Notes under the pieces: generated by a model
The model's database searches: none
The model's input: only the letters and a program-made list of their open reading frames with translations
Told to the model about the DNA's origin: nothing
Assembly (NCBI GenBank): GCA_022703585.1
Contig: JAKLDJ010000006.1
Coordinates: forward strand, 5,696-69,695
Length of the DNA: 64,000 nucleotides
Direction: 5' to 3'
DNA from: Candidatus Omnitrophota bacterium
GTDB taxonomy: Bacteria > Omnitrophota > Gorgyraeia > Zapsychrales > JAKLDJ01
Shown here: positions 35,881 through 47,110 of the stretch, one piece after another
Position numbering within the stretch: the stretch's first letter is position 1
Layout of the letters: every line of letters begins with the position of its first letter
Position numbers and translations under genes: made by a program

Positions 35881-37773
35881 ATGGCCAGCAAACCGCAACA
35901 ATTTAAATCAAGAATTCCGGAACTTAACCTGTCGGAGAATTTAGGGATGCTGGGGGAGTTTACCTCGGAGGCCCTGAATCATCTGGTCAGCGCGCAAAAT
36001 TCTCTTCTTGCGCTCGAGATGGCCCCTAATGATCAGGAGGCGATTGACAGCCTCTTCAAGGTATTTCATACGATTGCCGGGCTGGCCGGATTTCTTAGCC
36101 TGGACGATATTCAAATTCTGTCATCCGAAGTCCAAGTGTTGCTGGATATGGCGCGCAAGGGCACAGTGCCTTTTGAAGGCGATGTTGCCGAGGTGGTATT
36201 ACAGGCGGTTGACGGTTTACGCCAGCTGTTGATATTGCTCAATGAACAAATTGATAATGAAGGGGAGCTCAAAAGCCCTTACCTTGATGTCGGCGGGATT
36301 ATTGCGCTAATCCGGGATATCTCAGAAAATAAGAAAATCACCCGGACCGTTAAGCCCAAACAGCAATTCCGGGAGAAGCTTAATCTTGTTGCTTCCCGGC
36401 TCATGATTCGATATCAGCAGGTGGAAGAGGGGGTTAGAGATAAGTCGGGAGACGTCACTATCAATGCTGACGTTTTAAGAAGTATGATTGGCGACATGAA
36501 GGCCGCATACGAAGAATTGCAGCATATGAAAGAAACGCTTTTGCAGCGCCAGCGGGAGATTATTCGAGAACGAGAGTTTGCTATGCAATTGAACCAGCGC
36601 GCGCAGGATACCGCGCGGATGAAGAGCGACTTTCTGGCAAGCATGTCTCACGAGATCCGTACGCTTATCAATACCATTCTTGGCTTTTCCGATCTTCTGA
36701 TTAAAAGCCCGCTCGAGGAGAAACAGAAAGAGCATCTCAAGGCGGTTGTTACCAGCGGAAAACTTCTCCTGGATGTGGTGAATAATATTCTTGATTTCTC
36801 AAAAATCGAGAAAGGAAAACTCACCCTTGAAAATATTGACTTTCGGATGGACGTCTTGGTCCAGGATGTTTTTAAGATTTTAGGGCCCCGGAGCGAAGGC
36901 AAGGCAATCAAACTTTATTTTGAAATTGAACCAAATGTTCCGGTCAATCTTATTGGAGACCCTACGAAGTTAAAGCAAATTTTGATTAACCTTATTGACA
37001 ATGCCATCAAATTTACCGATAAAGGCGAGGTGGCGCTCTTTGTGAAAAGCGGCGAACTCGCGCTCGGGGCAACGGTAACTTCGGAGCGGACATTGCGTTT
37101 TACGGTTAAAGACACCGGGATCGGTATTCCCGACAATAAAAGAGACCTTATTTTTGAGTCTTTTACTCAGGCGGATAACACCATGGCTCGACGGTTTGGC
37201 GGGAGCGGCCTGGGATTAGCCATTTGCAAGAGTTATGTTGAAGCCATGGGAGGAAAAATTTGGGTTGAGTCCCAGATGGGAGAAGGAAGCAAATTTATTT
37301 TTACCGCCAGGCTAAAAGAGGGTAAAATTAAGGCCGCGGATACGGTGGGTGATTCAACGGAATCCGAAAGAAATATTCCTTCGGATGCGGAGCTGGAGTC
37401 GTCCTGTAAGGGAATCAAGGTTTTGGTTGTCGATGACAGCGTGCCCAACCAGGAATTGGTAAAGGCCTATTTCGATTTTCTGGGCTGTGACGGTGATTTT
37501 GCTTCGAACGGGCAGGAGGCGATCGAAAAAGTCAGAATGAATCAATACGATGTTTGCTTTATGGATCTTCAGATGCCGTTTATGGGCGGTTTGGAGGCAA
37601 CCCAGGTTATACGGCAGAATATCAAAAAGACATTACCAATTATTGCCTTGACGGCAACGACAATGGAAGAGAAGAAGGGCGAGTCCCAGAAGGCGGGGAT
37701 TACGGACTTTCTGGAGAAGCCTTTTGATATTGTCCAACTAAAAGAAAAGATTTTGCAATACGCAAAGAGATAA
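35881..37773 (+). CDS. Hybrid sensor histidine kinase: N-terminal CheA-P1-like Hpt, HisKA, HATPase_c, C-terminal REC
   Basis: Hpt: FKVFHTIAGLAGFLSLDDIQ. H-box: SHEIRTLINTILGFSDLL. G-boxes: DTGIGIP...GGSGLGLAICKSYVEAMGG. REC: VLVVDDSVPNQ...FMDLQMPFMGG. Confidence 0.85.
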   Translation: MASKPQQFKSRIPELNLSENLGMLGEFTSEALNHLVSAQNSLLALEMAPNDQEAIDSLFKVFHTIAGLAGFLSLDDIQILSSEVQVLLDMARKGTVPFEGDVAEVVLQAVDGLRQLLILLNEQIDNEGELKSPYLDVGGIIALIRDISENKKITRTVKPKQQFREKLNLVASRLMIRYQQVEEGVRDKSGDVTINADVLRSMIGDMKAAYEELQHMKETLLQRQREIIREREFAMQLNQRAQDTARMKSDFLASMSHEIRTLINTILGFSDLLIKSPLEEKQKEHLKAVVTSGKLLLDVVNNILDFSKIEKGKLTLENIDFRMDVLVQDVFKILGPRSEGKAIKLYFEIEPNVPVNLIGDPTKLKQILINLIDNAIKFTDKGEVALFVKSGELALGATVTSERTLRFTVKDTGIGIPDNKRDLIFESFTQADNTMARRFGGSGLGLAICKSYVEAMGGKIWVESQMGEGSKFIFTARLKEGKIKAADTVGDSTESERNIPSDAELESSCKGIKVLVVDDSVPNQELVKAYFDFLGCDGDFASNGQEAIEKVRMNQYDVCFMDLQMPFMGGLEATQVIRQNIKKTLPIIALTATTMEEKKGESQKAGITDFLEKPFDIVQLKEKILQYAKR

Positions 37774-37780
37774 GGCATTA

Positions 37781-38167
37781 ATGGCATTAATGAAAATTCT
37801 TGTGGTCGATGATTCGGATTTGGAACGCGAGCTTTTAATCGAGGTGCTTAAGGGCTCCGGCATCAAAAATGAATTTCTCCATGCCAAAAGCGGCGAAGAG
37901 GCCATCAGGGTTTTGGGGACAAATTTTAAAGATATCTGTGTGATCCTTTTGGATTGGCAAATGCCAGACATGTCGGGGATGGAATTTATGGAAGGGGTTG
38001 TCAAGGTTCCGGCGGTGGCCTTGATTCCGATTGTGATGGTAACGGCATCGGGTTCGGAGGAGAACAAGAATAAAGCGAAAGCTGTCAATCCCAAGTTGGG
38101 CGGTTATGTCGTTAAGCCGTACGACCCGGATGTCTTAGCGCGAACGATTAAGCCGTTTGTAAAGTAA
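37781..38167 (+). CDS. Single-domain response regulator (CheY-like receiver)
   Basis: KILVVDDSDLEREL...ILLDWQMPDMSGMEF...K: conserved Asp/Lys positions. Confidence 0.8.
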   Translation: MALMKILVVDDSDLERELLIEVLKGSGIKNEFLHAKSGEEAIRVLGTNFKDICVILLDWQMPDMSGMEFMEGVVKVPAVALIPIVMVTASGSEENKNKAKAVNPKLGGYVVKPYDPDVLARTIKPFVK

Positions 38168-38182
38168 CGGAGGGAAAAACGT

Positions 38183-38752
38183 ATGGGCAGAGAAGAAGAG
38201 CTAAAAAAACTTGCCGTGGCCCTTGCACAGGCGGTCACGAATATTTTTAAAGAGAAAGCGGATATTACTTTTTCGAAGGAACCCGTTATTGTTAAAAAGA
38301 ATATTCTCGAATATAACGGACGCATGCGTGCCGACGGGATGGAGAAGTTCAACAATCCCACCTTTGTTTCTTTTGTCAATTATTACGCAAATACCAAAGA
38401 TTTGGAGAAACACAGTGCCTTGGGCGCTCTTGTTGTTTACGTCGAACAAAACCAAGTTCCCGGTTTGCTGAAGATGCTCAAGTATCCCCCTATTGATGAC
38501 GAGGATGAAAATGCCATGAAGGACGGGTGCGGGACGTTATCCAATATCATCGCCGGTAAATTTAAATCGCAAATATCTGCTCTAGGGCATGCGGAGCTGG
38601 AGATGTCCCCGTTTTCTAACTACCGCAATAGCGCTGCGAACGGCGTTCCTTTTTGCTTTAAGGAGTATGATAAATACGAAATCAGTTTTTATATTGAAAA
38701 TCAAAAACGCCTGGTCGTGGAGATGACGATGGGGGTTATTCCGCGCAAATAA
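38183..38752 (+). CDS. CheC/CheX/FliY-family-like protein (putative phosphatase-like, catalytic Glu not conserved)
   Basis: GTLSNIIAGKFKSQISALGHAELEMSPFSNYRNS aligns by eye with the CheX segment ELGNMTAGKLAMKLEHLGKHVDITPPTVVSGRD. The ExxN glutamate is replaced by Thr/Ser. Confidence 0.4.
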   Translation: MGREEELKKLAVALAQAVTNIFKEKADITFSKEPVIVKKNILEYNGRMRADGMEKFNNPTFVSFVNYYANTKDLEKHSALGALVVYVEQNQVPGLLKMLKYPPIDDEDENAMKDGCGTLSNIIAGKFKSQISALGHAELEMSPFSNYRNSAANGVPFCFKEYDKYEISFYIENQKRLVVEMTMGVIPRK

Positions 38753-38776
38753 ATCTTTTATGAAAGCGAGACTCTG

Positions 38777-39160
38777 ATGGGGAATCCCGAAGGAAATGCT
38801 TTAGCTGTTGATGTTGATGCTATTAGCCGCGAACTGCGCGTGCGGCCGGAGATATTAAAAAGGATCATTATAAGCTTTTCGAAGACGCTTACAGAAAAAA
38901 TGTTTCAGCTTGAAGGGGCGCTGGCCGATGATAATGCTGTGTTCATGCGGGCCCTGCTGCATGAGATCAGGGGGACATCCGGAAACCTAAGGCTGGCGGT
39001 AGTCTACGAAACAGCTAAAACGCTCCACGAGGCGGTTAAGGCCGGGGAGGAAAAAAAGAGATTGCAGGAATATTTTGATGCGCTCAAAGTATGTTCGAGT
39101 CAACTTACCGAATACGCAAAGAATGAGGAGAGTAAAAATGTGGAAAATACTAATCGTTGA
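38777..39160 (+). CDS. Hpt (histidine phosphotransfer) domain protein
   Basis: LLHEIRGTSGNLRLAVVYETAKTLHE fits the Hpt helix consensus HxlKGsagnlGa...l...E. Confidence 0.5.
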   Translation: MGNPEGNALAVDVDAISRELRVRPEILKRIIISFSKTLTEKMFQLEGALADDNAVFMRALLHEIRGTSGNLRLAVVYETAKTLHEAVKAGEEKKRLQEYFDALKVCSSQLTEYAKNEESKNVENTNR

Positions 39161-39536
39161 CGATAATTCCGAAAATCGCCAGTTGCTGGTCGAAATCCTT
39201 CGTGATATGGCACAGTGCACGGCTGTGAGCGGCGGAAAAGAGGCTATCGAGGAGTATGGTCGCTCCCTGACAAAAGAGCCGTACCACTTGATTTTGCTGG
39301 ACATCGAAATGCCCGAGATTGACGGTCTCGAAATCTTAAGAAATATCAGAGAAAATGAGAAATCAAGAGGAATTGATCTTGGGGACGGGATTCCGGTTAT
39401 TATGGTTACCGTTCACAAAAAACCTTTTTTGAATGCTTTTTACCAGGGTTGCACCGATTACATTTTAAAGCCTATTGATCCTGACAAGCTTAGGAAGAAA
39501 ATACAGGAAAAACTGGATAAATTTAATAGTTTTTGA
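39138..39536 (+). CDS. Response regulator receiver protein
   Basis: ATG at 39138 after GGAGAG (MWKILIVDDNSENRQLL...ILLDIEMPEIDGLE...K). Overlaps the Hpt gene end by 23 nt. Confidence 0.75.
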   Translation: MWKILIVDDNSENRQLLVEILRDMAQCTAVSGGKEAIEEYGRSLTKEPYHLILLDIEMPEIDGLEILRNIRENEKSRGIDLGDGIPVIMVTVHKKPFLNAFYQGCTDYILKPIDPDKLRKKIQEKLDKFNSF

Positions 39537-39667
39537 TCCGTTTCTAAAGATTTATTTTTCATTCTATTTAAAGAAGTGTTCTGTCCTTGAAATTAGCTCG
39601 ACTTCATATTATTATACTAGTGCTGTTTCGTAGCATGAAAGAACAATTCAGCTGAGAGAGGGTGACC

Positions 39668-40960
39668 ATGGATAAAACCGCTAAAATAATAATTGATAAT
39701 AAAACTTACGAATTTCCCATTGTGGTCGGAGCCGAGAACGAAAAGGCCATTGACATATCAAAACTACGGGATGAAACCGGGCATATCACTCTGGATGCGG
39801 GGCTGGCCAATACCGGCACATGCACCAGCGCGATTACCTATGTCGATGGGGAAAAAGGGATTTTACGCTATCGCGGTTATCCGGTTGAGCAGATTGCTGA
39901 GAATACCACTTTTGTAGAAGTGGCCTATTTGCTTATTTACGGTGAATTGCCGACTCGGGCTCAACTGGATAAGTTTTCTAATTCCTTTACCGAACAGGCG
40001 ATGATCCATGAGGACATGAAGAATTTTTTTGACGGCTACCCTTCCACGGGGCATCCGATGGGGATTCTGTCGGCCATGGTCTGTTCGCTTTCCGCGTATT
40101 ATCCGGAAATGCAGAATCCCGAGCCGAGTAAAGAAGAGATTGATAAGATCGCCGTCGAATTGCTCTCTAAGGTACGAACGATCAGCGCCTTTTCCTATAA
40201 GAAATCTATTGGCCAGCCGTTTGTCTATCCCCGGCCTGATTTGAAATACGTGCCGAATTTTCTTAATATGCTGTTTTCTTCTCCGGCACGCGAGTATAAA
40301 ATCGACGAAGACATCGTCAGCGCCTTAAGGACGCTTTTGATCCTGCATGCTGATCACGAACAGAATTGCAGCACCTCAACGGTACGATTGGTGGGCAGTT
40401 CCCGGGCAAATCTCTTTGCTTCTATATCGGCGGGTATTTGTGCGCTTTGGGGGCCGTTGCACGGAGGAGCAAATCAGGCGGTTATTGAGATGCTCAAAGA
40501 AATTCAGAGAGATGGCGGTAATGTAAAAAAGTATGTTGATATGGCGAAGGACAAGTCCAACGCCTTCCGTCTTATGGGTTTTGGCCACCGTATCTACAAG
40601 AATTTTGACCCCCGGGCAAAGATTATCAAGAAACAGGCGGATAAGATTCTAAATAAATTAGGCATACACGATCCTTTGCTAGACATTGCGGTTAAACTTG
40701 AAGAAATTGCCCTCAAGGATTCGTATTTTATCGAGCGCAAACTTTATCCGAACGTTGATTTTTATAGCGGTATTATCTATAAGGCAATTGGTATTCCGGT
40801 TGAAATGTTTACGGTTATGTTTGCCATCGGCCGGATGCCGGGCTGGATTGCCCACTGGAAGGAAATGATTGAAACCCCGTCTTTAAAAATTGGCCGTCCG
40901 CGCCAGGTCTATACGGGGCAGCACCAGCGTAACTTTATCCCTATCGAACAGCGTAGATAA
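39668..40960 (+). CDS. gltA: Citrate synthase (type II)
   Basis: GILRYRGYPVEQIAE...HADHEQNCSTSTVRLVGSS...GPLHGGANQAV...MGFGHRIYKNFDPRAKI: the catalytic His/His/Asp context. Confidence 0.9.
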   Translation: MDKTAKIIIDNKTYEFPIVVGAENEKAIDISKLRDETGHITLDAGLANTGTCTSAITYVDGEKGILRYRGYPVEQIAENTTFVEVAYLLIYGELPTRAQLDKFSNSFTEQAMIHEDMKNFFDGYPSTGHPMGILSAMVCSLSAYYPEMQNPEPSKEEIDKIAVELLSKVRTISAFSYKKSIGQPFVYPRPDLKYVPNFLNMLFSSPAREYKIDEDIVSALRTLLILHADHEQNCSTSTVRLVGSSRANLFASISAGICALWGPLHGGANQAVIEMLKEIQRDGGNVKKYVDMAKDKSNAFRLMGFGHRIYKNFDPRAKIIKKQADKILNKLGIHDPLLDIAVKLEEIALKDSYFIERKLYPNVDFYSGIIYKAIGIPVEMFTVMFAIGRMPGWIAHWKEMIETPSLKIGRPRQVYTGQHQRNFIPIEQRR

Positions 40961-40996
40961 GGCTTAAAGTGTAATAATCTTTTGAGGTAAATTCAC

Positions 40997-42448
40997 TTGA
41001 TTGCATTTCGTTCCCCCGCAAGATTTGACAAGTCTGCTGTTATTCTCATCTGCGAAAAAGAAGCCCTAAAGGGGAATCGTTCCCAACTCTCGGGATTACG
41101 CCTTCCCGGTGAGGTTATGAGTGTTTTAAAATCCGGCAGATTTACGGCGGATAACGGTGAGCTTTTCCCTGTTCTTCTAAAAGGGAAAATTATTTTGCTG
41201 GTTGGTGCCGGAAAGAGCTCGGAGTTGTCGATGACTGCTCTTCGCACGGCCGTGCGCAAGGCGCTTCTTTCTCCGTTTTTAAACAAGATAAAAGATATTG
41301 AGATTATTCCGTATTCTCAGGCCGAGGAAACGATTAGGGCGGTCATCGAGGCTGCCGTGATTGGGGGTTATGTCTGGCGGAAATATATCACCAAAGACCA
41401 AAGCCCCGTTTCCGTCGATACTAAGAATATTTTTATCGCAACCTTGCCCAAGAGGATCTATCAAGAAACTTTGCTGGTATGTCAGGGGGTAAATTTTTCC
41501 CGGAATCTGGTCAATGACAATGCGGATACGGTTAATTCGGCTTTTATCGAAAAAACGGTTCGAGGGATAATTAAGGGAAAACGGAACCTTTCTATTTCTG
41601 TCTTGAACCGAAAAGAATTAAAGGCCAAAGGTTTAAACCTACATCTTGCGGTTAATCAGGGCAGCCGAAATGAACCCAAACTCATTTTTATAAAATATAA
41701 CGGTGCAGGTAGTAAAGAGGGTTACACCGCTATGATCGGCAAAGGAATAACTTTTGACACCGGCGGATTAAATTTAAAGCCTACCGGTTCGATTGAGACA
41801 ATGCGCACCGACATGAGTGGCGCTGCGGCCGTTATCGGCGTCTTAAAGAATACGATTGCGCTTAACCTGAAGAAAAATATCCTGTTTGTCTGCGCCTTGG
41901 CCGAGAATGCTATCGGATCCGGAGCGTACAAGCCCGGAGATGTTTTAACCGGCTATAGCGGAACAACCGTTGAAATTGCCAACACGGACGCGGAGGGGCG
42001 CCTGGTCTTGGCCGATGCCCTTGCCTATACGGTTAAAAATTACAAACCTAAATGCATTATTGATATCGCGACTCTAACCGGTGCCTGCGTGGTTGCTTTG
42101 GGCCATGATTATTCGGGGCTCATGAGCAATGATGATTCTATGGCGGAAAAGTTTTTAGCGCTATCCCGCGAGACGGACGATCGTGTTTGGCGCCTTCCTA
42201 TTTATCCGGAACTCAAAGATGCTATTAAATCCCAGATTGCCGATATCAAAAATACAGGGCTTCCTAAGGGTGCGGCAGGGACTTGTTCGGCAGCCGAGTT
42301 TCTGCGGCAATTTGTCGGCGAGACAAAATGGCTGCATTTGGATATCGCCGGAACAGCCTTTGCGGATAATCAGGGGCGTTTGTATTTTGGTTACGGCGCT
42401 ACCGGTGCCGGGGTAAGGCTATTGACTGAGTACTTAAGAAAAAATTAG
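40997..42448 (+). CDS. pepA: Leucyl aminopeptidase (M17 family)
   Basis: GKGITFDTGGLNLKP...MRTDMSGAAAVIG...NTDAEGRLVLADAL...GATGAGV: the M17 signature. Probable TTG start. Confidence 0.85.
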   Translation: MIAFRSPARFDKSAVILICEKEALKGNRSQLSGLRLPGEVMSVLKSGRFTADNGELFPVLLKGKIILLVGAGKSSELSMTALRTAVRKALLSPFLNKIKDIEIIPYSQAEETIRAVIEAAVIGGYVWRKYITKDQSPVSVDTKNIFIATLPKRIYQETLLVCQGVNFSRNLVNDNADTVNSAFIEKTVRGIIKGKRNLSISVLNRKELKAKGLNLHLAVNQGSRNEPKLIFIKYNGAGSKEGYTAMIGKGITFDTGGLNLKPTGSIETMRTDMSGAAAVIGVLKNTIALNLKKNILFVCALAENAIGSGAYKPGDVLTGYSGTTVEIANTDAEGRLVLADALAYTVKNYKPKCIIDIATLTGACVVALGHDYSGLMSNDDSMAEKFLALSRETDDRVWRLPIYPELKDAIKSQIADIKNTGLPKGAAGTCSAAEFLRQFVGETKWLHLDIAGTAFADNQGRLYFGYGATGAGVRLLTEYLRKN

Positions 42449-42505
42449 GAGCGTCGTCAGTGTTGTTATTTCTAATTTAGCTTGGTAATTAAAAAGGAGG
42501 ATACT

Positions 42506-42907
42506 ATGATTTCTGCAAAGATCGGTCAGCAACTGATGATTTCCGTTGACAACCAGGTGGGTGTTCTGGCAGAGGCGGCCAGGATTGTTTCGGATGCCGG
42601 TATCAATCTCGTCGCTGTTTGTGCTTATGTCATTGACAGCAAGGGTTTTATTCTCTTTGTAACCGAGGATAATGAAAAAGCCAAAAGTATTCTCAAAGCA
42701 AAGAAATACGACGTGAGGGAAGAAGAAATTGTTTTGGTTTCTCTGGACAATAAACCGGGTACGCTTAAAACGGTAACCGAAAAGATTGCGGAAGCGGGTG
42801 TTGACCTAACTCTTCTTTACGGCAGTGTTGAGGAGAAGGGAAAGAAAAGCAAAATCGTTATTGTTTCCGAAAATAATAAAGCCGCACTTGCCGCCATCGG
42901 AGTATAA
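42506..42907 (+). CDS. Tandem ACT-domain protein
   Basis: AAGGAGG RBS. Two segments with the ACT pattern: QVGVLAEAARIVSDAGINL and KPGTLKTVTEKIAEAGVDL. Confidence 0.6.
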   Translation: MISAKIGQQLMISVDNQVGVLAEAARIVSDAGINLVAVCAYVIDSKGFILFVTEDNEKAKSILKAKKYDVREEEIVLVSLDNKPGTLKTVTEKIAEAGVDLTLLYGSVEEKGKKSKIVIVSENNKAALAAIGV

Positions 42908-42910
42908 GCC

Positions 42911-44362
42911 ATGAGCTTGGGTAAGAAAATTATAGTTTATAGCGTTTTTTGTTTATCTTTTTTGTTGTCAGGATTGTCGGACCTTCCTGAAAATTCGTTC
43001 CTGCATGCCGCAGCGAATACGGTTGATGTCATTGAGCTTAACGACGATACCATCAACCCTGTTACTGCGGATTATATCATGAGTGCTGTTGATGAGGCGG
43101 AGCGGCAGGGTGCACAATGCCTGATTATAAAATTGGATACCCCCGGAGGCCTTTTAAGCTCAACACGTTCAATCGTTAAGAAAATCTTGGGTTCTTCGGT
43201 TCCGGTTGTTGTTTATATATCACCCAGCGGCTCCAGGGCCGGCTCGGCTGGTGTTTTTATTACCTACGCCAGCCATGTTGCGGCCATGGCGCCATCAACC
43301 AATATCGGGGCTGCTCATCCGGTTGAGATGGGAGGGCGTAGCGGCGAACAGAGGACGATTTGGGATGCCTTGCGTGATATGATTGATTCTACCCGGGATC
43401 GAAACAAGAAAAATGCAGATGGTGTGTCAAAAGAAACAAAAACGGCAACGGAAAAGAATCCTGAATCGGCTGCAGAAGACCCTATGTCAAGTAAGATTCT
43501 TAACGATACAGTCGCATTTATCCAGTCGATGGCCAAAGAAAGAGGCCGTAACATTGAATGGGCTAAAGAGAGCGTTACGAAAAGTTATTCCATAACCGAA
43601 AAGGAGGCTCTGGAGAGAAACGTTATCGAAATTATTGCTACCGATGACCGGGATTTGCTTGCCCAGCTGGACGGAAGAACCGTTACCATAGGTGATCGGT
43701 CAGTGGTTCTTCGCACAAAAGATGCTTCGCTGCGACATATTGCGATGGACATGCGGCAGAGAATTTTAAACATTCTCGCCAATCCCAATATCGCCTATAT
43801 TTTCTTTATTTTAGGATTCTACGGCCTTTTGTTTGAGGTGACGCATACGGGCGCGGTTGTGCCGGGTGTTTTGGGGACGATATTTATTATCTTGGCATTC
43901 TTTAGTATGCAGATGCTACCGACAAATTATGCAGGTCTGGCGCTTATTGTTTTGGCTATTATCTTATTTATCGCCGAGGCCAAGACGGCCGGATTTGGAT
44001 TATTCACGTTAGGAGGGTTGGTTTGTATGGTTCTAGGATCGTTGATGCTTTTTGATTCCACTGTTCCTTTGATGAGAGTTTCTTTGGGAATTATTTTTGC
44101 GTTTTCGTTTACGACTGCCGCCATAACGATTTTTCTCGTCCGCCTGGTCATTATCTCCCATCGAAAGAAAGTCGTCAGCGGTAAAGAAGGACTTATCGGG
44201 GAGAAGGGTTCTGCTCAGACGCATCTTTTGCCCGGTGTTGAGGGGATGGTTTTTGTGCATGGGGAAATGTGGACTGCGGTTTCCCAGGAAGAAATAAAGA
44301 AGGACGCTGCCATTGTGGTTGCCGGAATTGACGGTATGACTTTGAAAGTTAAGAAGGCCTGA
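42911..44362 (+). CDS. NfeD-family membrane-bound ClpP-class serine protease with C-terminal OB-fold
   Basis: ClpP-like N-terminus ([14 protein letters not shown]...[18 protein letters not shown]...[13 protein letters not shown]), a central TM bundle, and a C-terminal NfeD beta-barrel. Followed by an SPFH gene, the classic pairing. Confidence 0.8.
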   Translation: MSLGKKIIVYSVFCLSFLLSGLSDLPENSFLHAAANTVDVIELNDDTINPVTADYIMSAVDEAERQGAQCLIIKLDTPGGLLSSTRSIVKKILGSSVPVVVYISPSGSRAGSAGVFITYASHVAAMAPSTNIGAAHPVEMGGRSGEQRTIWDALRDMIDSTRDRNKKNADGVSKETKTATEKNPESAAEDPMSSKILNDTVAFIQSMAKERGRNIEWAKESVTKSYSITEKEALERNVIEIIATDDRDLLAQLDGRTVTIGDRSVVLRTKDASLRHIAMDMRQRILNILANPNIAYIFFILGFYGLLFEVTHTGAVVPGVLGTIFIILAFFSMQMLPTNYAGLALIVLAIILFIAEAKTAGFGLFTLGGLVCMVLGSLMLFDSTVPLMRVSLGIIFAFSFTTAAITIFLVRLVIISHRKKVVSGKEGLIGEKGSAQTHLLPGVEGMVFVHGEMWTAVSQEEIKKDAAIVVAGIDGMTLKVKKA

Positions 44363-44378
44363 CGAAAGGAGAAGGGGT

Positions 44379-45122
44379 ATGCCGACGTTGATTATTGTTG
44401 CGCTGGTGGTTGTATATCTTTTAAATTGTATCAGGATATTAAATGAGTATGAACGAGGTGTTGTATTTCGCTTAGGCCGCGTTTGCGAGAAACCCAAGGG
44501 CCCGGGGGTGGTCCTTATTTTTTGGCCGATCGATAAAATTGTTATCGTGAGTCTGCGCACGATTGTTTTAGACGTGCCCCCGCAGGATATTATCACTCGT
44601 GATAATGTTTCGGCTAAAGTGAATGCCGTCGTCTATTTTAGGGTCATGGACCCGATCAAGGCGACGGTTGAGGTTCAGAATTACGAGTATGCTACTTCCC
44701 AGATGTCCCAGACGACACTGCGGAGTGTGATCGGCCAAATGGAGCTGGATGACCTGTTGTCCCAAAGGGAGAAAATCAATATAACCCTACAGCATATCCT
44801 GGACAAGCAAACGGATCCGTGGGGGATCAAAGTCGCCAACGTTGAGGTTAAACATGTCGATCTCTCCGAAGACCTAAGAAAGGCTATGGCGCGTCAGGCC
44901 GAGGCAGAAAGAGAGCGGAGGGGCAAGGTTATCGCCGCGGAAGGGGAATTTCAGGCAGCTGAAAAAATCTGTCAGGCCGCGGAACTGATGCAAAAATCTC
45001 CGATGGCGTTACAGCTGCGCTATCTTCAGACGCTGGTTGAGATAGGAAAAGAGAACAATACCACAACACTTTTTCCTGTCCCGGTTGATTTTTTAAGTGC
45101 GTTAATCAATAAAAAGTCGTAG
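44379..45122 (+). CDS. SPFH/band-7 (stomatin-like) protein
   Basis: [13 protein letters not shown]...[23 protein letters not shown]...AEAERERR, an SPFH domain with a coiled coil. Confidence 0.85.
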   Translation: MPTLIIVALVVVYLLNCIRILNEYERGVVFRLGRVCEKPKGPGVVLIFWPIDKIVIVSLRTIVLDVPPQDIITRDNVSAKVNAVVYFRVMDPIKATVEVQNYEYATSQMSQTTLRSVIGQMELDDLLSQREKINITLQHILDKQTDPWGIKVANVEVKHVDLSEDLRKAMARQAEAERERRGKVIAAEGEFQAAEKICQAAELMQKSPMALQLRYLQTLVEIGKENNTTTLFPVPVDFLSALINKKS

Positions 45123-45144
45123 TCAATGGTGTGAAAGTTTTATG

Positions 45145-45186
45145 TGGGCGCCCCCGCCAAAGGCAGGGGCGCCCATCTTTATTTTC
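45145..45186 (+). terminator. Intrinsic terminator; its GC palindrome is nearly identical to the one at 55590-55630
   Basis: GGGCGCCCCCGCCaaaGGCAGGGGCGCCCatctttatttt. Confidence 0.6.
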
Positions 45187-45287
45187 TATCATTCGTAAAA
45201 ATTTGTTTAAAACAATTGAAGCGTCGAATACGAAGGTGTAATATAAATCGTCTGTTGAATGTCTCCCGACAACCTGGAAGGTGAGAG

Positions 45288-46676
45288 ATGGCTGACCGTA
45301 TTGAATATGACAGCTTGGGCCCGGTTAAAGTCCCCAAAGAAAAGCTCTACGGAGCTCAAACCGCGCGTTCGTGTAAGAACTTTAAAATAGGTTCGGAGAA
45401 ATTCCCCCGGGCCTTTATTCGTGCCTTAGGAATTGTTAAGAAGGCAGCCGCTCTGGCCAACAAAGAACTTAAGGTGTTGCCCTCAAAAAAGGCGAATCTT
45501 ATCGCGCGTGCAGCCAGCGAAGTTATCGCCGGTGTGCTTGACGGGCATTTTCCGCTGGTGATCTGGCAGACCGGAAGCGGTACCCAGACGAACATGAACG
45601 CGAATGAGGTTATTGCCAATCGCGCGATTCAGCTCGCGAGAGGCAAAATCGGCAGTAAAAATCCTGTCCACCCCAACGATGATGTTAATAAGGGGCAGTC
45701 CTCAAATGATGTCTTTCCAACAGCCATGCATATTGCCGCGGTTGAGGAAATCCATCAAAAATTAATTCCCGCGATTACAAGCTTGCGCGATGCCTTCAAG
45801 GCCAAATCAAGAGAATTCAGTGGAATCGTTAAAATCGGACGCACACACCTGATGGACGCAACACCCTTAACCTTGGGCCAGGAATTTTCGGGATATTCCC
45901 AGCAGTTGACGAATGGCCTGGAACGGATTGATGCCTGTTTGCCGCGATTGTATGAATTAGCTATCGGGGGAACAGCGGTGGGAACAGGGCTGAATACTCA
46001 TCCTCGATTTGCGGTTAAGGCGGTAAAGAAAATCTCCCAAATAACCGGCAAGCCGTTTGTCGGCGCCCGAAACAGGTTTGAGTCCCTGGCGGCTCACGAT
46101 GCCATGGTTGAGACTAGCGGCACACTAAAGACTCTTGCCGTGTCGTTGATGAAGATTTCCAATGATATACGGTGGTTGGGTTCGGGGCCCCGTTGCGGTA
46201 TCGGAGAGATTGTCTTGTCGGAAAACGAGCCCGGAAGTTCCATTATGCCGGGTAAGGTTAATCCGACCCAGTGTGAAGCCATGCTGATGGTGTGTGCGCA
46301 AGTTATCGGAAACGATATCGCGGTGACGGTAGCAGGTTCCGGGGGCAATTTTGAGCTGAATGTTTTTAAGCCGGTTATTATTTATAATGTTCTGCAATCC
46401 ATTGAACTTCTCTCGGATGCCGCCTGGAGCCTTAAGAAAAATTGTATTATCGGGATAAAGCCAAACCGGGCGCAGATTAAGAAAAACCTTGATAGTTCGC
46501 TGATGCTGGTAACGGCCCTAAATCCGCACATTGGCTATGATAAAGCGGCAAAAGTCGCCCGAAAAGCCCATCAAAAAAATATGACCCTTAAAGAGGCGGC
46601 GGTTTCGCTTGGATTTCTAACCGCCAAGCAATTCGATTCTATTGTCAAGCCGGAGAAAATGATTGGGCCAAGTTAA
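45288..46676 (+). CDS. fumC: Class II fumarate hydratase
   Basis: [17 protein letters not shown] signature, and the N-terminus [25 protein letters not shown]. Confidence 0.9.
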   Translation: MADRIEYDSLGPVKVPKEKLYGAQTARSCKNFKIGSEKFPRAFIRALGIVKKAAALANKELKVLPSKKANLIARAASEVIAGVLDGHFPLVIWQTGSGTQTNMNANEVIANRAIQLARGKIGSKNPVHPNDDVNKGQSSNDVFPTAMHIAAVEEIHQKLIPAITSLRDAFKAKSREFSGIVKIGRTHLMDATPLTLGQEFSGYSQQLTNGLERIDACLPRLYELAIGGTAVGTGLNTHPRFAVKAVKKISQITGKPFVGARNRFESLAAHDAMVETSGTLKTLAVSLMKISNDIRWLGSGPRCGIGEIVLSENEPGSSIMPGKVNPTQCEAMLMVCAQVIGNDIAVTVAGSGGNFELNVFKPVIIYNVLQSIELLSDAAWSLKKNCIIGIKPNRAQIKKNLDSSLMLVTALNPHIGYDKAAKVARKAHQKNMTLKEAAVSLGFLTAKQFDSIVKPEKMIGPS

Positions 46677-47034
46677 ACTGCCGAGATCGGCTAAAAGAAA
46701 AAAGCTCGAAAGAAGGCGCCATGTCCGTGTGAAACGGAGCCTTGCTATCGAACACCGTCTTTATAGGCGAAAAGGTGTTTTAGTCGATGGGAATTGGCAG
46801 ATTTCCACAACGAAAGATATGAGTATTGTCGGGATCTTGTTTCATTCCGACATCCCGTATTTGATCGGTGATTTGATCCAATTGCGCGTTGTGATGAACG
46901 GGGCGCTGGATGTTTTTAAAGGATTCGGCAGGGCCGTTCGCTGCGAGAAGAAAAAGGCCAAACAGCCGTTTCTGATAGCCGTTGCGTTCATTGATGAAAA
47001 CAGCAAATTTCTTAAGTCCTCGAAATCCTCCTGA
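46663..47034 (+). CDS. PilZ domain protein
   Basis: RRRHVRVKR (RxxxR) and DMSIVGI (DxSxxG), the c-di-GMP-binding motifs. The start is uncertain. Confidence 0.55.
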   Translation: MGQVKLPRSAKRKKLERRRHVRVKRSLAIEHRLYRRKGVLVDGNWQISTTKDMSIVGILFHSDIPYLIGDLIQLRVVMNGALDVFKGFGRAVRCEKKKAKQPFLIAVAFIDENSKFLKSSKSS

Positions 47035-47110
47035 CAGCACGTTTATTATTCCAAAGCCGCATACCGGCGTTGGCGTTATTGAATACCGAGATTCTGTTTA
47101 GATCGAAGAG

